Positions 52,181-64,000 of a stretch of DNA of 64,000 bases are shown piece after piece. This DNA comes from Camelus dromedarius. Lineage: Eukaryota. The DNA lies in the NCBI RefSeq assembly GCF_036321535.1, contig NC_087436.1, forward strand, positions 55,554,001-55,618,000, read 5' to 3'. Made by a program: the position numbers and the translations under genes. A model generated the notes under the pieces. That model ran no database searches, was not told the origin of the DNA, and worked only from the letters and a program-made list of their open reading frames with translations. Each line of letters opens with the position of its first letter. The first letter of the stretch is position 1.

Positions 52181-52903
52181 TTTTAAACAGCTTTACTGAG
52201 ATATAATTCACATATCATATAATTTATCCATTTAAGGTATACAATTCAATGGATTTTAGTATATTCATATATATGAACAATCATCATCACAGTGTAATTT
52301 TGGAACGGTTTTCATCACCTCAAAAACAAATCCCATGTAACGTTTAGTTACCATCTATTTCTCCATCTACACTCCCAGCCCTACAGACCCATTAATCTAC
52401 CGTTTGTCTCTATAGATTTCACTATTGTAGATATTTCGTGCAAAGGAATCTCATAATATGTAGTCTTTTGTGACTGGCTGCTTTTACTGAGCAAAATATT
52501 TTTTAAGGTGTGACCATGTTGTAACATGCATCATACCTTAATTTCCTTTTGTGGCTGAGCAACATTCCATTGGATGGACGTGCCACTTTTGTTCACCATT
52601 TTTCACTTGAATGGTTTGTTATACATTTTGGCTGTTATGAATAGTGCTACCATAAATTTTCCTGTACAAGTTTTTGTGTAAACATAAATTTTAATTTCTC
52701 TTGGGTATTTACCTTGGATTAGAATTACTGGGTCATTTGGTAACTCTATATGAAATCATTTGAAGAACTGACTAGTTCTCAAATTGGTTGCACCATTTTA
52801 CATTCCCACCCAGAGTACATGAGAGTTCTGATTTTTTCACATTCTTGCCACAGCTTGTAATTATCTGATATTTTTAATTCTGGTCACCCTAGTGAATATG
52901 AAG
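52181..52903 (-). mobile_element. L1MB-like 5'-truncated insertion
   Basis: acagctttactgagatataattcacatatcat...tggttgcaccattttacattcccacc; ~14-bp TSD aggcccctcaaatt/aagcccttcaaact. Confidence 0.9.
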
Positions 52904-53042
52904 AAGCCCTTCAAACTTAACATGCCTGTATCTAGACTCATCATCTTTCAAACAGCCTTTTAAAAATCTGGTCCTTCTCCAGGGCTATATATTTCAATAA
53001 ACATTATTCATTTTTTAATGCATAATAAAAAGGTGGTTATGA

Positions 53043-53160
53043 TTATTTTTGACATATAATGGACATATTACATTATATTAGTTTCAGGTGTAAAATATAA
53101 TGTTTTGACATTTGTATATATTGTGAAATGAAAACAAGTCTGATTAACATCCTTCACCAT
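53043..53160 (-). mobile_element. Short L1 (L1MA-like) 3' end
   Basis: acattatattagtttcaggtgtaaaatataatg...aagtctgattaacatcc. Confidence 0.75.
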
Positions 53161-56100
53161 GGTATTTGTTTTTTAAGCTAGAAAACTAGGAACAGTTGTT
53201 GACTGTTCCCTCTCCATAACCTATATTTTATGTATCATGAGTCCTGCCCATTCCATTTCATAACTATCTATTGAATTGAGTTTTCTGCTTCTCTACTTTG
53301 TCCATCCCAGTGTAAACTACCACAGCTCATCTGGACCAATGCAGATCCTCCTAACCAGTCTTCTTAGATCTGTTCTTGCCCTCGTTCAACCCATTTTCCA
53401 CAGCAAAGTGACATTTTTCAAAGAAATGTAGGAATATGTCTCTCTCCTGCTTCTAAGTCTTTATTAATTCTCTATTGTTATTTAAATAAAATCTTTAAAC
53501 TAACCTACAAGTTTCAGCATAATCTCCTTACTAGCCATGTCCTTGACTCATTTTTTCCATCATGCTATGCTCTTAACCACTTAAGGGTTTTTGGTGTCCT
53601 ATGACTTGCTGGCTTTCATCCAATCCTTTCTCTGTGGACTCAATTTATATTCCTCCTTAAAATTCAGTTAAATTATTGTTTCCTCAAGAACAGCTTTCCA
53701 TTGTACACTTTCATAGCAATATTTCCATATGGATAGAATTTATCAGAACTAAAATCAAATTCTTAATTGCATAATGAGTGCTGATTTTTTCTATCATTAA
53801 AACATGAGTTTCATGAAGGAAAGAGGGGGAATATCTTCTTATAATCTGCTCTAAGTCCGATGACTAATTTACAATGTGTGTGTGTGCATGCATATGTGTA
53901 ATGATTAAATAAATAAAAAACAATATCCTTATATAAAAACAGATATAATTTGATAAGTTTGCAAATATCACATGATATTTTTTATACTTAAACCATTTGC
54001 CTTTAAAATATTATCAAGTGGTTTACTGTCATGTTGAATTATAACCATGACTGACAATTGCAAAGAACTACAATCTTGCATTTTTATAATTCTTTAAATC
54101 TCTTGATATGTGCTGTATAGGAAGAAGAAGCGAAGTTAGACTGTTAATGATACACTCAGTAATATTCTAGGAAACAAAAGCAAGGATATCTACGCAATTC
54201 AATATAATCATGTACATTAAATATCATGAGGTATGCTAACGATACTTCTGTATCTTATTTATTTCAATTCACATATAACTAAAAGCTTATAAAACAACTT
54301 GACATTTATTCCATAAATACATACTTAACACTGTACTAAGAATTGTGATTACACATTCGTAATTTTTTTGGCAATGGTTTTAAGCTCAATTCATTCCAGA
54401 AGCAACCATCTCTATTTCTGAATCATGAGAATAACGGAAGAGGTTACTTACTTTATTTAACCTGAACATATTTTAGTTTTAGCTATTTTATTAACAATTA
54501 TTCATTTAAATTACATAGATACCATTTTCAAAAAGAGTCCAATATATTATCCTTTCCCTCTAGGGTCATTATAATCAAATTCCCCAGTTAATTTAGACTT
54601 ACATCTTGACTGAGTCATTCAGACCACTCTGATTTTGAATGTCAAAGCTTTCTGGGTCAAACCTGAATATAGCTCACGATTCTAAGCTTTGTATAAGAAA
54701 TCATGCTGTGAGGGGTAAAGAGGCTGTCGCAGCTACATGAAAATGTAGGGCAACATTGTGCAAAGATTTTCACAGAGAATCTTAGGAAGAGATAATAAAC
54801 ATTCAGAGTAAAAAAGAAAAAGACTTTATATCATACACACACACATATGTATGCATATATATAAAGATTTTACCATCTCCTAAAAGTGCTCAATGCAATG
54901 CTGGTAGGTAGATCTACCTTTATCTTTCTCTTCCTCCCCCCTTGCATTCATTAAATGCTACAGAAAATATTATAAAATAATAAACAATTGACATTAAAAT
55001 TTCATTTGCATTCAAAATACACGCTCGGTGCTTCTTTTGCATAGAACATCAGTTATTTGTGTGGTAAGAATTTCCAAAATACTTATATTGTTTTTGGCCA
55101 ATGATTTGTATTGAGTCAAGTGACTACCTAATCAAATCAGAGTTCTGCCATTCAGATATTTTGACATGAGGTAAAGCAATATTTTTTTGCACTAGAATTT
55201 AAAACTAAAGAAGGTATTTTCATTTCTAGGTGAATAATTTTTATTTTATGACATAGTTTCAGAGGATATAACCATTATTTGCTGAGATTGATATTTTAAA
55301 ACACTTCTGATTCATTAAGCATTCTTGAAATAATATATATAATAGGAGTCCCAGTAGAAAAAAAAAGTCAATGGAAAAGATCTCTTTAAGATTGTATATA
55401 GCTGCAGAAAGAGCAGAATGTTCAGTTTCCGGGAGCACATACAGAAAAGCCCAAATGTGTAATAACCACATAATTTATATCTAGACTTATGTAGAGAAAA
55501 TGTAGAATGTCAAAAGCTAATAGAATATATTAAAAGTTGCTAAAATACAACTCTCAAAGTCATAAAAATTACATTTCTAAGAACAAGTACCATAATAATA
55601 CCTTCAAATACCAAGACAAAAAGGCAATCTACAGTTTTATGCCTAGCTCCCTTTTTCCTTCTGTCTTCACTACTTACATAACTTCACTAAAGGAACATCT
55701 GAAGAATGGAGAAAGAAAATTATTCCACAAGGAAAGTATGAGATTTTTTTTTTAAAGGACTAAGTAAAGAAATTGCTCTTTAAAAATGTTCCATATATTC
55801 TATTTTACAAAATGATTTTGTCTTTTTCCCTCATTTGTTTATAATGCTATGAAGACCCAGAAGAATGGAACAGCACTCATTAAATTACATATATATGTGA
55901 AAATAAAGTTTGCCAGCTCTATTCTATGCCTCTCATCAACTTTATGGCTCACTTACCACCGTAGCTCTGTTCTTATTAAATCCACATCCACGCAGTCGGT
56001 ATCACCAGTGACCGCTTCCTTCTTGTCAACATTCTCTATGCATGTGTCTGATCTGTCATGTCTAAGGAGGAGCGAATCTGCCTCTAGAACTCATGCCTTT

Positions 56101-56694
56101 CTTCTTTCAAGGATGGGCTGCACTGAAATGCATGGATTCCCACTACTATACATTTCTCATCTGTGCTTTACCATTTAAGCCCATTTACGTTCTTTCAAAA
56201 ATGGCTTAAAACAATTTTTATTTTATTCTTTGATTCCTTTCATTACTTTTTACTTTTATTCTTTTTATGCCAAACTCAAATGATTTATGACCTTTACTCC
56301 AATTGTTTATACACACAGAGACACACACCCTTGATTTCTGTAAAATGTCTTCTGCTCCCATCCACTAGACTGGGACTGTTCAAGGTCATAACTTTAACCC
56401 CTTCACCAAATCTAACAATGTTTTAAAATAATTTTTCCTACTTTCCCTTGTCTTCATTTCAGTCAGTGACCCTTCTCTGTCATAAAAATACAACACACTT
56501 TCCTTACATGTTTTTCAGTGGATTCATTTTTCAGTGTCCTATCCTCTTTCTGTGCAAATTCTTAACAATCTGTTTGTAGAAGGGCCTTCACCTTAAAAGA
56601 AACTGAATTATATAATCCTTTAATTCCTTTCTAAATCATGAGTTCTCTATGTATGTTTGTGTGCATCTGGATGTGTATGAGTTTAGGAAGTACT

Positions 56695-56812
56695 TGATAA
56701 TAATACTTATTCAGAGGCTTCTTGTCTTCATTCAGAGAGATAATGCATGTAAGATGCCTGGCACATATTTAGCACTCAGTAAATTCTAGGTAAGCTTATT
56801 ACTGCTATTATC
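56695..56812 (+). mobile_element. MIR 3' fragment
   Basis: ataataatactta...gagataatgcatgtaagatgcctggcacatatttagcactcagtaaat. Confidence 0.75.
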
Positions 56813-58189
56813 TACCAAATTCACGAATGGGTATCAACTGGTTCTTCCTTTTGTTGTTTACCACTGCTACCAGGCCCAAAAAACAAACTTTTGAACACTC
56901 CAATTATTTTCATTCAGGGTTTGCTATCCAATAAACTTGGTAAAATTTTCCATCTTCCAATTTTTTAAATGACATAATATAAAGACCTTTTGAAACTGAT
57001 AAAGCAGAGCACCAAAGTAAAGTATTCATAGGTAATTATTTATGTTAATGTTAGTATTTAATATGGGTAGGGCAGGTACAGATTCCCATTAATTTTCTAT
57101 TTTATTCATACTATATTTATATTATAGCATTAATTGCACATGATTCCATGTATTCCACAGCTCTAGACATATTGAGCTATTAATAGCAATATTCTGAGTG
57201 CCTCTGATTGACTAAGTGGACCAGATGCTGATCCACTTACCAGTGAGGCCCTTCAGCACACTTTTCCCCATTTCTTGATTAATACTTCATACAAGACTGA
57301 ATCAAACTCTTTCTAAAGTCAAGATAAATTGCATCTAATGCTTCTCCCTGATTTACTATCCCATTATTCTGTCAATAGAAAGAGATCTGCTACCACTGTG
57401 GCAGAATTTGTTCTTTATAAAGCCCTGTGTGTTTCCCGGTACATCATTCTAGTCGAGGTGTCTGAAAATGGGATTTTAAACTTTTTTCCCCCAGATTTTG
57501 TTAGGGCTGTAATTTCAAGAGTATCTTTTTATTTTTTTTTAAGAGTTGGTATTGTATTAACCCCAAGAGCTCTCAAATAAGTTAAAGACTAAAATTATAC
57601 TAGACATGCTTTCTATACCCTTTACGTTTAGCTTTTAACAGCTTAATTAAGCAATCTCGATATATTTTTCCTTATTTTCACTTTTTAGTTTCACTCTTGC
57701 AACTTCTGGGTTGCCTACCATAGTTTTAAGATAACAATTTACTTTTTCAGCAAATTTACAAAGTACTAAATTTTCATTTTTAAGTAAACATAGCAATACT
57801 TTCCTCTTTGTAAAAGACAACATTTACTTTTCTCATGACTAATATGGTTACAGAATCTCTCTCATAATTTGCTTATGTGTAGTTCCAATTTTTTACCCAT
57901 AAAATGTTACCATTTTTTAAATGTCCTGACCTATTTTATGCTTTCCTTGATGATTCCACTTCAGCCCTGGTTTATTAAACAAATTGTAGTTTTTTCATGC
58001 CATTTGTTTTTGGCAAATATTCTTTTACTACATTCACATGAGTTTTAACATCAGAATATTATAAAGTAGCAATGTTTTTGATAGGAAACACCAGAAGATG
58101 ATCTATGAGTTGAACCCATACACTTAGTTTCTGCCTTGGCATTTGTTTTCTCAATCTTTATTTATATTTGATGTATATTTGATATTTAC

Positions 58190-58800
58190 ATTTATTTATT
58201 TTATTCTGTCTTCTTCCATAGATGTATTCAAGGTGACCTGCATAAGTACATAGATTAGAAAGAAAAATTTAAAGCATTTCAAAATGAGACAAAGAGGAAC
58301 TAAAGTTGAGAAAGACGAACAGAGCCAGAATGACCTTAGACCGAAATGCCTATTCTGAGGCGAGCCTGAGATTTGAGTATGAGCTTTTAGCAGCTAGCAC
58401 AGAAAAGACCAATCAATTCCAAGACATAAGCACATATTAAATCTTCAGGACAAAGCTATTATTGTTTAAACTGATATCAGAGAGAAATTTCCCAATATAC
58501 AATGTCAGCCCCAGAGCCTGGCCCATATTAACTATTCAAACAAAGATTTGAAATGAATGAATGGATAGATGACTGAATTATTAATTATATGACAAATGCT
58601 GCAATGAGTTTTAAAGACCTGTTTCTCATAAGAGACTTCAGCAGTGCTTGATACCATCACCCTAAGCTCTAACTGTTTAAGAGCAATTCCATAGTGAGGC
58701 CAGAAGAATTCATTCTTTGTAGTGGCTTTCTAAGCGAGAGATGTTAGAACGACTGAGCAAGCAAGGCACGTCTTTCAGGTGCACCTTCACAACTCTCAGA
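58190..58800 (-). mobile_element. Very old LINE (L4/RTE-X-like) remnant with an L2 tail at ~58500-58575
   Basis: tttatttattttattctgtcttcttcca...ttcaaggtg resembles the antisense L4 3' end; gcctggcccata...aatgaatgaatg is an L2 tail. Confidence 0.4.
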
Positions 58801-58960
58801 TCAGTGAGATTGTTGCTTACCAGCACTCAAATATGGGCTGTGTGTTAGACAGTCAGATATTGGGAAAACTGACCTGCTCTTGAAAAAAAAAAATTAAGGT
58901 ATCTGACGCAGACATGAGTGGAAAGAAAGATAATTTCCTTCAAAGTGACCATAAACCCTT

Positions 58961-59328
58961 TGTCTTAATTACTTCAGGCTGTCAAAACTAAATACCATAG
59001 ACTGGTTTTTAACAACAGACATTTACTTCTCAGTTCTGGAGACTAGGAAGTCAAGGTCAAGGTGCCAGCAATGTGTTTGCTGGTCAGGGGCCTCTTATTG
59101 GCTTGTAGATGTCCACTTTTTCACTGTATCTTCACATGACAGCCAGAGAGAGCTCTAGTCTGCCTTTCTCTTATTATAAGGATTAATATCAACATGAGGT
59201 CACCAACCCGCTGACCTCATCTAAATGAATTTACCTTCCAAAAGCCTCATTTTTGAATACCATCTCTTTGGATGTTAGAGCTGTCAACATATGAATTTTG
59301 TGAGGAACAAAAACATTCAATCTATAAA
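58961..59328 (-). mobile_element. MaLR solo LTR (MLT1A-like)
   Basis: tgtcttaattacttcaggctg...aataccatagactgg...caacatatgaattttg...aacattcaatctata. Confidence 0.88.
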
Positions 59329-59854
59329 AAACACAGCAGATTTGTTCCATTCTTAACAGAGTTTGACAAAAGTGATTTTAAAATATTTCCTCTATTTAAG
59401 TATAACTGGGTGAATATTTTCTTTCCTTATTTCAGCTCCCAAGTTACCAACCTCAATCTTGCTATCCCATAACAATGAAGGTAGACATTCAATTGATATA
59501 CATTATTAAAATACTGAAACACTTACATTCTATTGTTAGAAATACTAAAATTTTATGATTCCTGCTAATCTGATGCTTTGTATGTCCTCCCCTCACCTAT
59601 CCTGCCTAAGAACACAGTGTTATATCCTACAATCCAGAACCAAATTTGAACCAAAGTACTTGATCAAACGTTTGAGTGGTCCAGAACTCTGATATAAAGT
59701 ACTTAACAAATAATGGTTATTATTATTACCATTTGTAATTAAGGGTATACTAAAAATATTTCACAACTAATTAAAAAATAAACAAATTCAACCTTAACTT
59801 ATGTGCTGTAAAATAATATTATTCTCATCCATAAAGCTCTCATCACCATCAACA

Positions 59855-60085
59855 CATCATTATTTATTTTTATTAAGGCCTTCTTTGTATCAGGTCTTAT
59901 CCTAACCTCTTGATATTTGCTTATCTAATCTAATTTTTACAAAAAAATACATTTGAAGTAGACACTCTTATGTTCATTTTAAGGCAGAGAGACTGAAACA
60001 CAGATGTCAAAATTTCTTAATACGTGGTAGAGATTGGGTTAGCACTTAGATCTTCATGACTCAAGGGACAGGACTCTACCAGTTA
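59855..60085 (-). mobile_element. MIR SINE (degenerate)
   Basis: tatctaatctaatttttacaaa...cattttaaggcagagagactgaaacacaga. Confidence 0.6.
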
Positions 60086-61359
60086 TCTTGATTACATCTC
60101 AAATGAGAACCAAATGGAAAAGAGACAACCTAGCTCTCTCTTCCATCCAGGTCTTAGTGAAAAAACTTGCGTGTCCAATTAGGTTAAGGTTTGAGATTGT
60201 AAAAAACTGACCTGCTCTTCCTCAAACATTCTGAAGAATTTTTACAAAAGTTTAAAAAGTGCATTTTGTAAAGCATATGTGAAAATGCCAAATGGAACTG
60301 CTGTGTAGTCAATTTTATTCTTGTGTAGACACATATATATGAGAGTAACAGGTACGGAAAGTGGCTTATCGGCTGACTTTGGAGAAAATAGCAGTGTTGT
60401 ATACGATTCTTCCAGAAAATAGTTCTGTGCTATCAACAAAGGGTTGGAGTTGCTGTTAAACTTGTTTTACACCTGGGAATAACAAAATGATCCAGGTACT
60501 AAGGTTATAAATCTAGTTCTTGTCTAGTACAATAAATTTCCCTGCAAATATCATTTCAGCGGGGAAAATTTTGAGCTTATGGTGCTTTGATTTTAAATGC
60601 AAAATCTTTATCTTAAAAGAGGACAAATTGAGAATCACCATTGAAAATGCTTGTCCTGGGGATGTCCAAAAATTTTAGAAACATTCCGTAAGTTAAAATA
60701 TAGATCCAGTAATAGTATTTTGTGGCTCTCACATATTTTGTGATAGCAGCTTTTAACCCAAATATCAAGCCTTTTATGACCATTACAAATCTCTGACTTT
60801 CCATTGCCTGGTTAAGGCTTTAATCTTGTCAACTTCCTATCCTTCATCCACAGAGCAAGATTTTACTTTTGAGGGTGTCTGAGTTATAGACATATTGAAC
60901 CAGATGTTGACACTAAGAAGAATGTTTCAGTAGCCTCTCTTGGAGTTCAGAACAACTCATTCATTCATTCATTCATCAAACAACAATATTTATTGAACAT
61001 CTAAATCTTCAATTATTATTAGGAGGAGTGCCATAAATTTTTTTAAAGTGGGATATATAACTTGCTTCTCTTTATATCCTTTTTGTTCACTTCCTTCTGT
61101 TCTGATTCTATTCATAGGGATTCATTTACAACTTAGGAATTAGGCAAATCTTAGTTTTCTATGACCCAACTTTCTCTTCTCATTTTTATCAGAAATTCTA
61201 ACAAGCAAATAATTTCATCCAATGATCTTTACTTCCAAAAGGAGAAAATGCCATTGATAAAATGGTTTACTAAATTTCCAGGAGTCAGAGAGAGAAAAGG
61301 CAAATAGCTTAGTTCAGATGTAAATTGGATAGGCATTTTCTGTTACTGTGTTTATTAAT

Positions 61360-61530
61360 ATTCTGTATATTCATAAAATATTTCTGGAATGATACTTTTA
61401 GAATAGCATAGAAACAATAGTTGCCTCTGGGTAGGGTCGAACAGGGACAAGACAAGGATAAAAAATTCAAAGACCCCAAAAAAGTTTTTCCCTCACTCCT
61501 TTTTATACTGGTCTTGAATTACTATTCCTA
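61360..61530 (+). mobile_element. L1ME 3' end fragment
   Basis: tttctggaatgatac...aacaatagttgcctctgggtaggg. Confidence 0.55.
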
Positions 61531-62624
61531 AAGTACAATTTAATATTTAGTCTTATTTTCTATCAAAATTCACTGAAATATTCCCCCCAAATCTGTGATA
61601 AAAATAATCATTTTTTGCATAATTCAAATGCAAAATTATATGTATTTTAAGTATGTATATAAAACTCAGGTAATTATAAAAACCTTAAGGCATGCAAAAT
61701 TAAAGATCCCTTAAAATATCATTTATAATCAGAAGTAATTATTACTTTCAAATTTTCAAGTATTCTATTTAGAAAATTTTGTATTATTTTTCTTTGGTAA
61801 ATGTATGTCTCATTCTATATTTGTGGTAAAAATATCGAGTATATTGTAGACAAATCTTGTACTGCATAGCAACAAATGTCTAGGTAAAATTTTAGAACAT
61901 ACTGGAAACAGTTTCTTATATTTGGAAATATTCAGAAATATTTTTTCTCAGAATTATCTTAAATGTTTACATTTTACAGGTGAATGATTTAAGAATATGA
62001 GAAAGAACGATCTTTATCTTTTCCTTGAAGTGACAATACACAAATCAATTGTTTGGTTTTTTTTTTCCCTCTGCTTCAATAGTATTGTGTCTTGGCATTT
62101 AACTTCTACTTAAATTGGAGTTGTATTCCTCTTTCTCTCATAAATGTAGTATGTTATTACTTGTAACTCTGGTTTTATTCCAGTATCCTATGGCTCTGCA
62201 CTCTTTATTTCTCTGTATTCTTTATTGAAAAGGGTTTTGGTCTTCTTTTAAATTCAAAATTACTTGATGTAAGTGGATTAAAACATCTGAATACACTTAT
62301 GTCTTCTAGTATACTCATGCCTGATTATGTTTATATTAAAATTCATATTAATTTATTATAGATTACTTCCCTTTTATTTTATATTTCGATTTCATTTTGG
62401 GCATTGTAATTTTTTTCTTTGTTTAGATGTGAATTATATTATTATGCAGTATTTCATTTCAACTTAGTAAATGGGTCATTAGAAGTTGCTTCAAAAATTT
62501 GTGGGGAGACACTGAGTCTAACAGAGTTAACAATTACAACTTAATTTATTAAAAGCTAAAGCTTTTTCAAATTAGTATATGAAATATAAGATTATTTTGT
62601 ATGCATGGAAAGAAGTCTTCTTCA

Positions 62625-62682
62625 GTAATAATAACCAATGTTTATCTCATTTGTACTATGTGCCAAGCACTATTGTTAGCAC

Positions 62683-62725
<43 letters not shown>

Positions 62726-62875
62726 GTATATATATATACACACACACACACATTTGTTGAATCCACAATTTTATGAGCTAGCTGTTCTAATTATCTCCAT
62801 TTTATAGATATGAAACTGAGGCATAGAGAAAGTCATAGAACTCAAAAGTGCTGAATTAAAATACATATCTGGAGA
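62625..62875 (-). mobile_element. MIR SINE containing a microsatellite
   Basis: tactatgtgccaagcactattgttagcact...atctccattttatagatatgaaactgaggcatagaga. Confidence 0.88.
62683..62753. repeat. Compound (TA)n(CA)n(TA)n(CA)n microsatellite
   Basis: Seen directly; uninterrupted purine-pyrimidine alternation. Confidence 0.95.
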
Positions 62876-62899
62876 TAAAAGAAAATAAAATTTTATGGG

Positions 62900-63500
62900 C
62901 AGTTCAGTGTTGGTCATGGTAGGCAAGTCCTCTGACTGAGAACAACTAGAAAAGCTTGATAAATTTAGACACAAAAGGCAGCAGAAGCTGTGGAAACAAG
63001 GACTGGAGGGGTTAAAATTTCAGAAAGGTGAGTTGACGCTCCTCCGCTTTCTCAGGGGACAAGTTCCAATTCTAGCTCAGGCTAGAGGTTGATAATCTGC
63101 GCTCCGGGCAGACTAAGAGGGACCCAGAAGTGGGCAGAGCTTTTGGCAGCATCCCTAGAGCTAGAACTAGAAAGATGAGGGTACACAGATGCAGGCTGGA
63201 TCTCCCCTCAAGACTTCTGAAAAATAATGACAGTGCACACAGAGGAGACTACAGAGCTAAGCCAAAACCTCAGAAAAGCAGAAGGACTTTCCCGAAGCAC
63301 TTAGGAAACACAGGTCTGCCAGGGCAGACACAATGCCGGGTGGACAGAGAGCCCCCAGGAAGTGTGAAATGCTGCCGAAGGTCTGCCATGGCTTTTCACC
63401 TGGGCACACCTGCCCATCGGGCCCCAGCCAGGAACTGTGAATGGAGACTTGACTCCTGGTGGAGAGCCACTGCTGGGGCACAGGGACATTTTGTAGTAAA
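62900..63500 (+). mobile_element. Ancient L1 (L1M4/L1ME) 5'-region-like fragment
   Basis: ctgagaacaactagaaaagcttgataaa...gtgggcagagcttttggcagc resembles old L1 5'UTRs. Confidence 0.5.
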
Positions 63501-63689
63501 AACTTACAGTAAACAAGTCTGTGCCTTTCTGGTCCTGTTGAATTATTGCCCTCTGCCAAAGCTTTCTATTTTGTGTTGCTCCTTCTCCTTTTCATTCTCC
63601 ATCCTTTCCTTCTCTCACACATGCTGTATAGTCAAAAATAGGATTTTGTTATTTTTGGATTAAAAAAATAGCTCAGATTCGTTGATTTT

Positions 63690-63910
63690 TTCCTATGCCC
63701 TGACAATACTCTAAGCACGTTAAATATAAAAACTAAATTAACCTCAAAACAACACTACAAGATAGGTGCTGTTATTGCTCACTTTACATATATGTGGAGA
63801 CTGAGGCACAGAGAGTTGAAATAACTTGCCTAAAGTCAAAAGCTAAAAAAGGAGCAAAACTGACATTCAAGTCACGAGATCTGGCTCCATGGTTCGTGCC
63901 CATAACTAAC
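63690..63910 (-). mobile_element. MIR SINE
   Basis: ggagactgaggcacagagagttgaaataacttgcctaaagtca...tctggctcc. Confidence 0.88.
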
Positions 63911-64000
63911 TAGTAAACATGACATTAAAATTCCACAGAAGTCTGAACAGAGATGAGAGGAAAGGGATAATTTTAATATGTAGAATAAACAAGGAAATAA

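Larger units (their letters stand above)
51400..53870 (+). mobile_element. Long fragmented LINE-2, interrupted by two L1 insertions
   Basis: Pyrimidine-rich sense L2; aggcccctcaaa|...|cttaacatgcc junction; ctcctaaccagtctt...ccattttccacagc. Confidence 0.7.

Noticed and set aside
63130..63663. 177-aa ORF
   Set aside because: GTG start, overlaps a probable old L1 5' fragment, low-complexity tail, no known motif.

Overview
This is AT-rich, repeat-rich mammalian nuclear DNA. It is most likely from a camelid (alpaca, llama or camel): it has two vic-1-type tRNA-Ala-derived SINEs and no Alu, Bov-tA/CHR, PRE-1 or Can-SINE. The window begins at the edge of a CpG island (1-80) and is otherwise intronic or intergenic. 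I found no recognisable protein-coding gene, RNA gene or CRISPR array. The supplied ORFs look spurious, except one that translates a decayed LINE-1 ORF2 piece. A large part of the window is ancient eutherian repeat: L2, MIR, L1M, MaLR/ERVL LTRs, and hAT and Tigger DNA transposons, several with target-site duplications (TSDs) still visible. Repeat names were assigned by eye from remembered consensus sequences, so subfamilies and boundaries are approximate. I cannot support a new biological system here. The most notable observations are: a diverged ~330-bp local duplication joined by microhomology to an orphan L1 fragment; an exact 22-bp templated copy from one LTR into its neighbour; a few candidate unannotated exons; and CpG-retaining unique stretches that may be enhancers.
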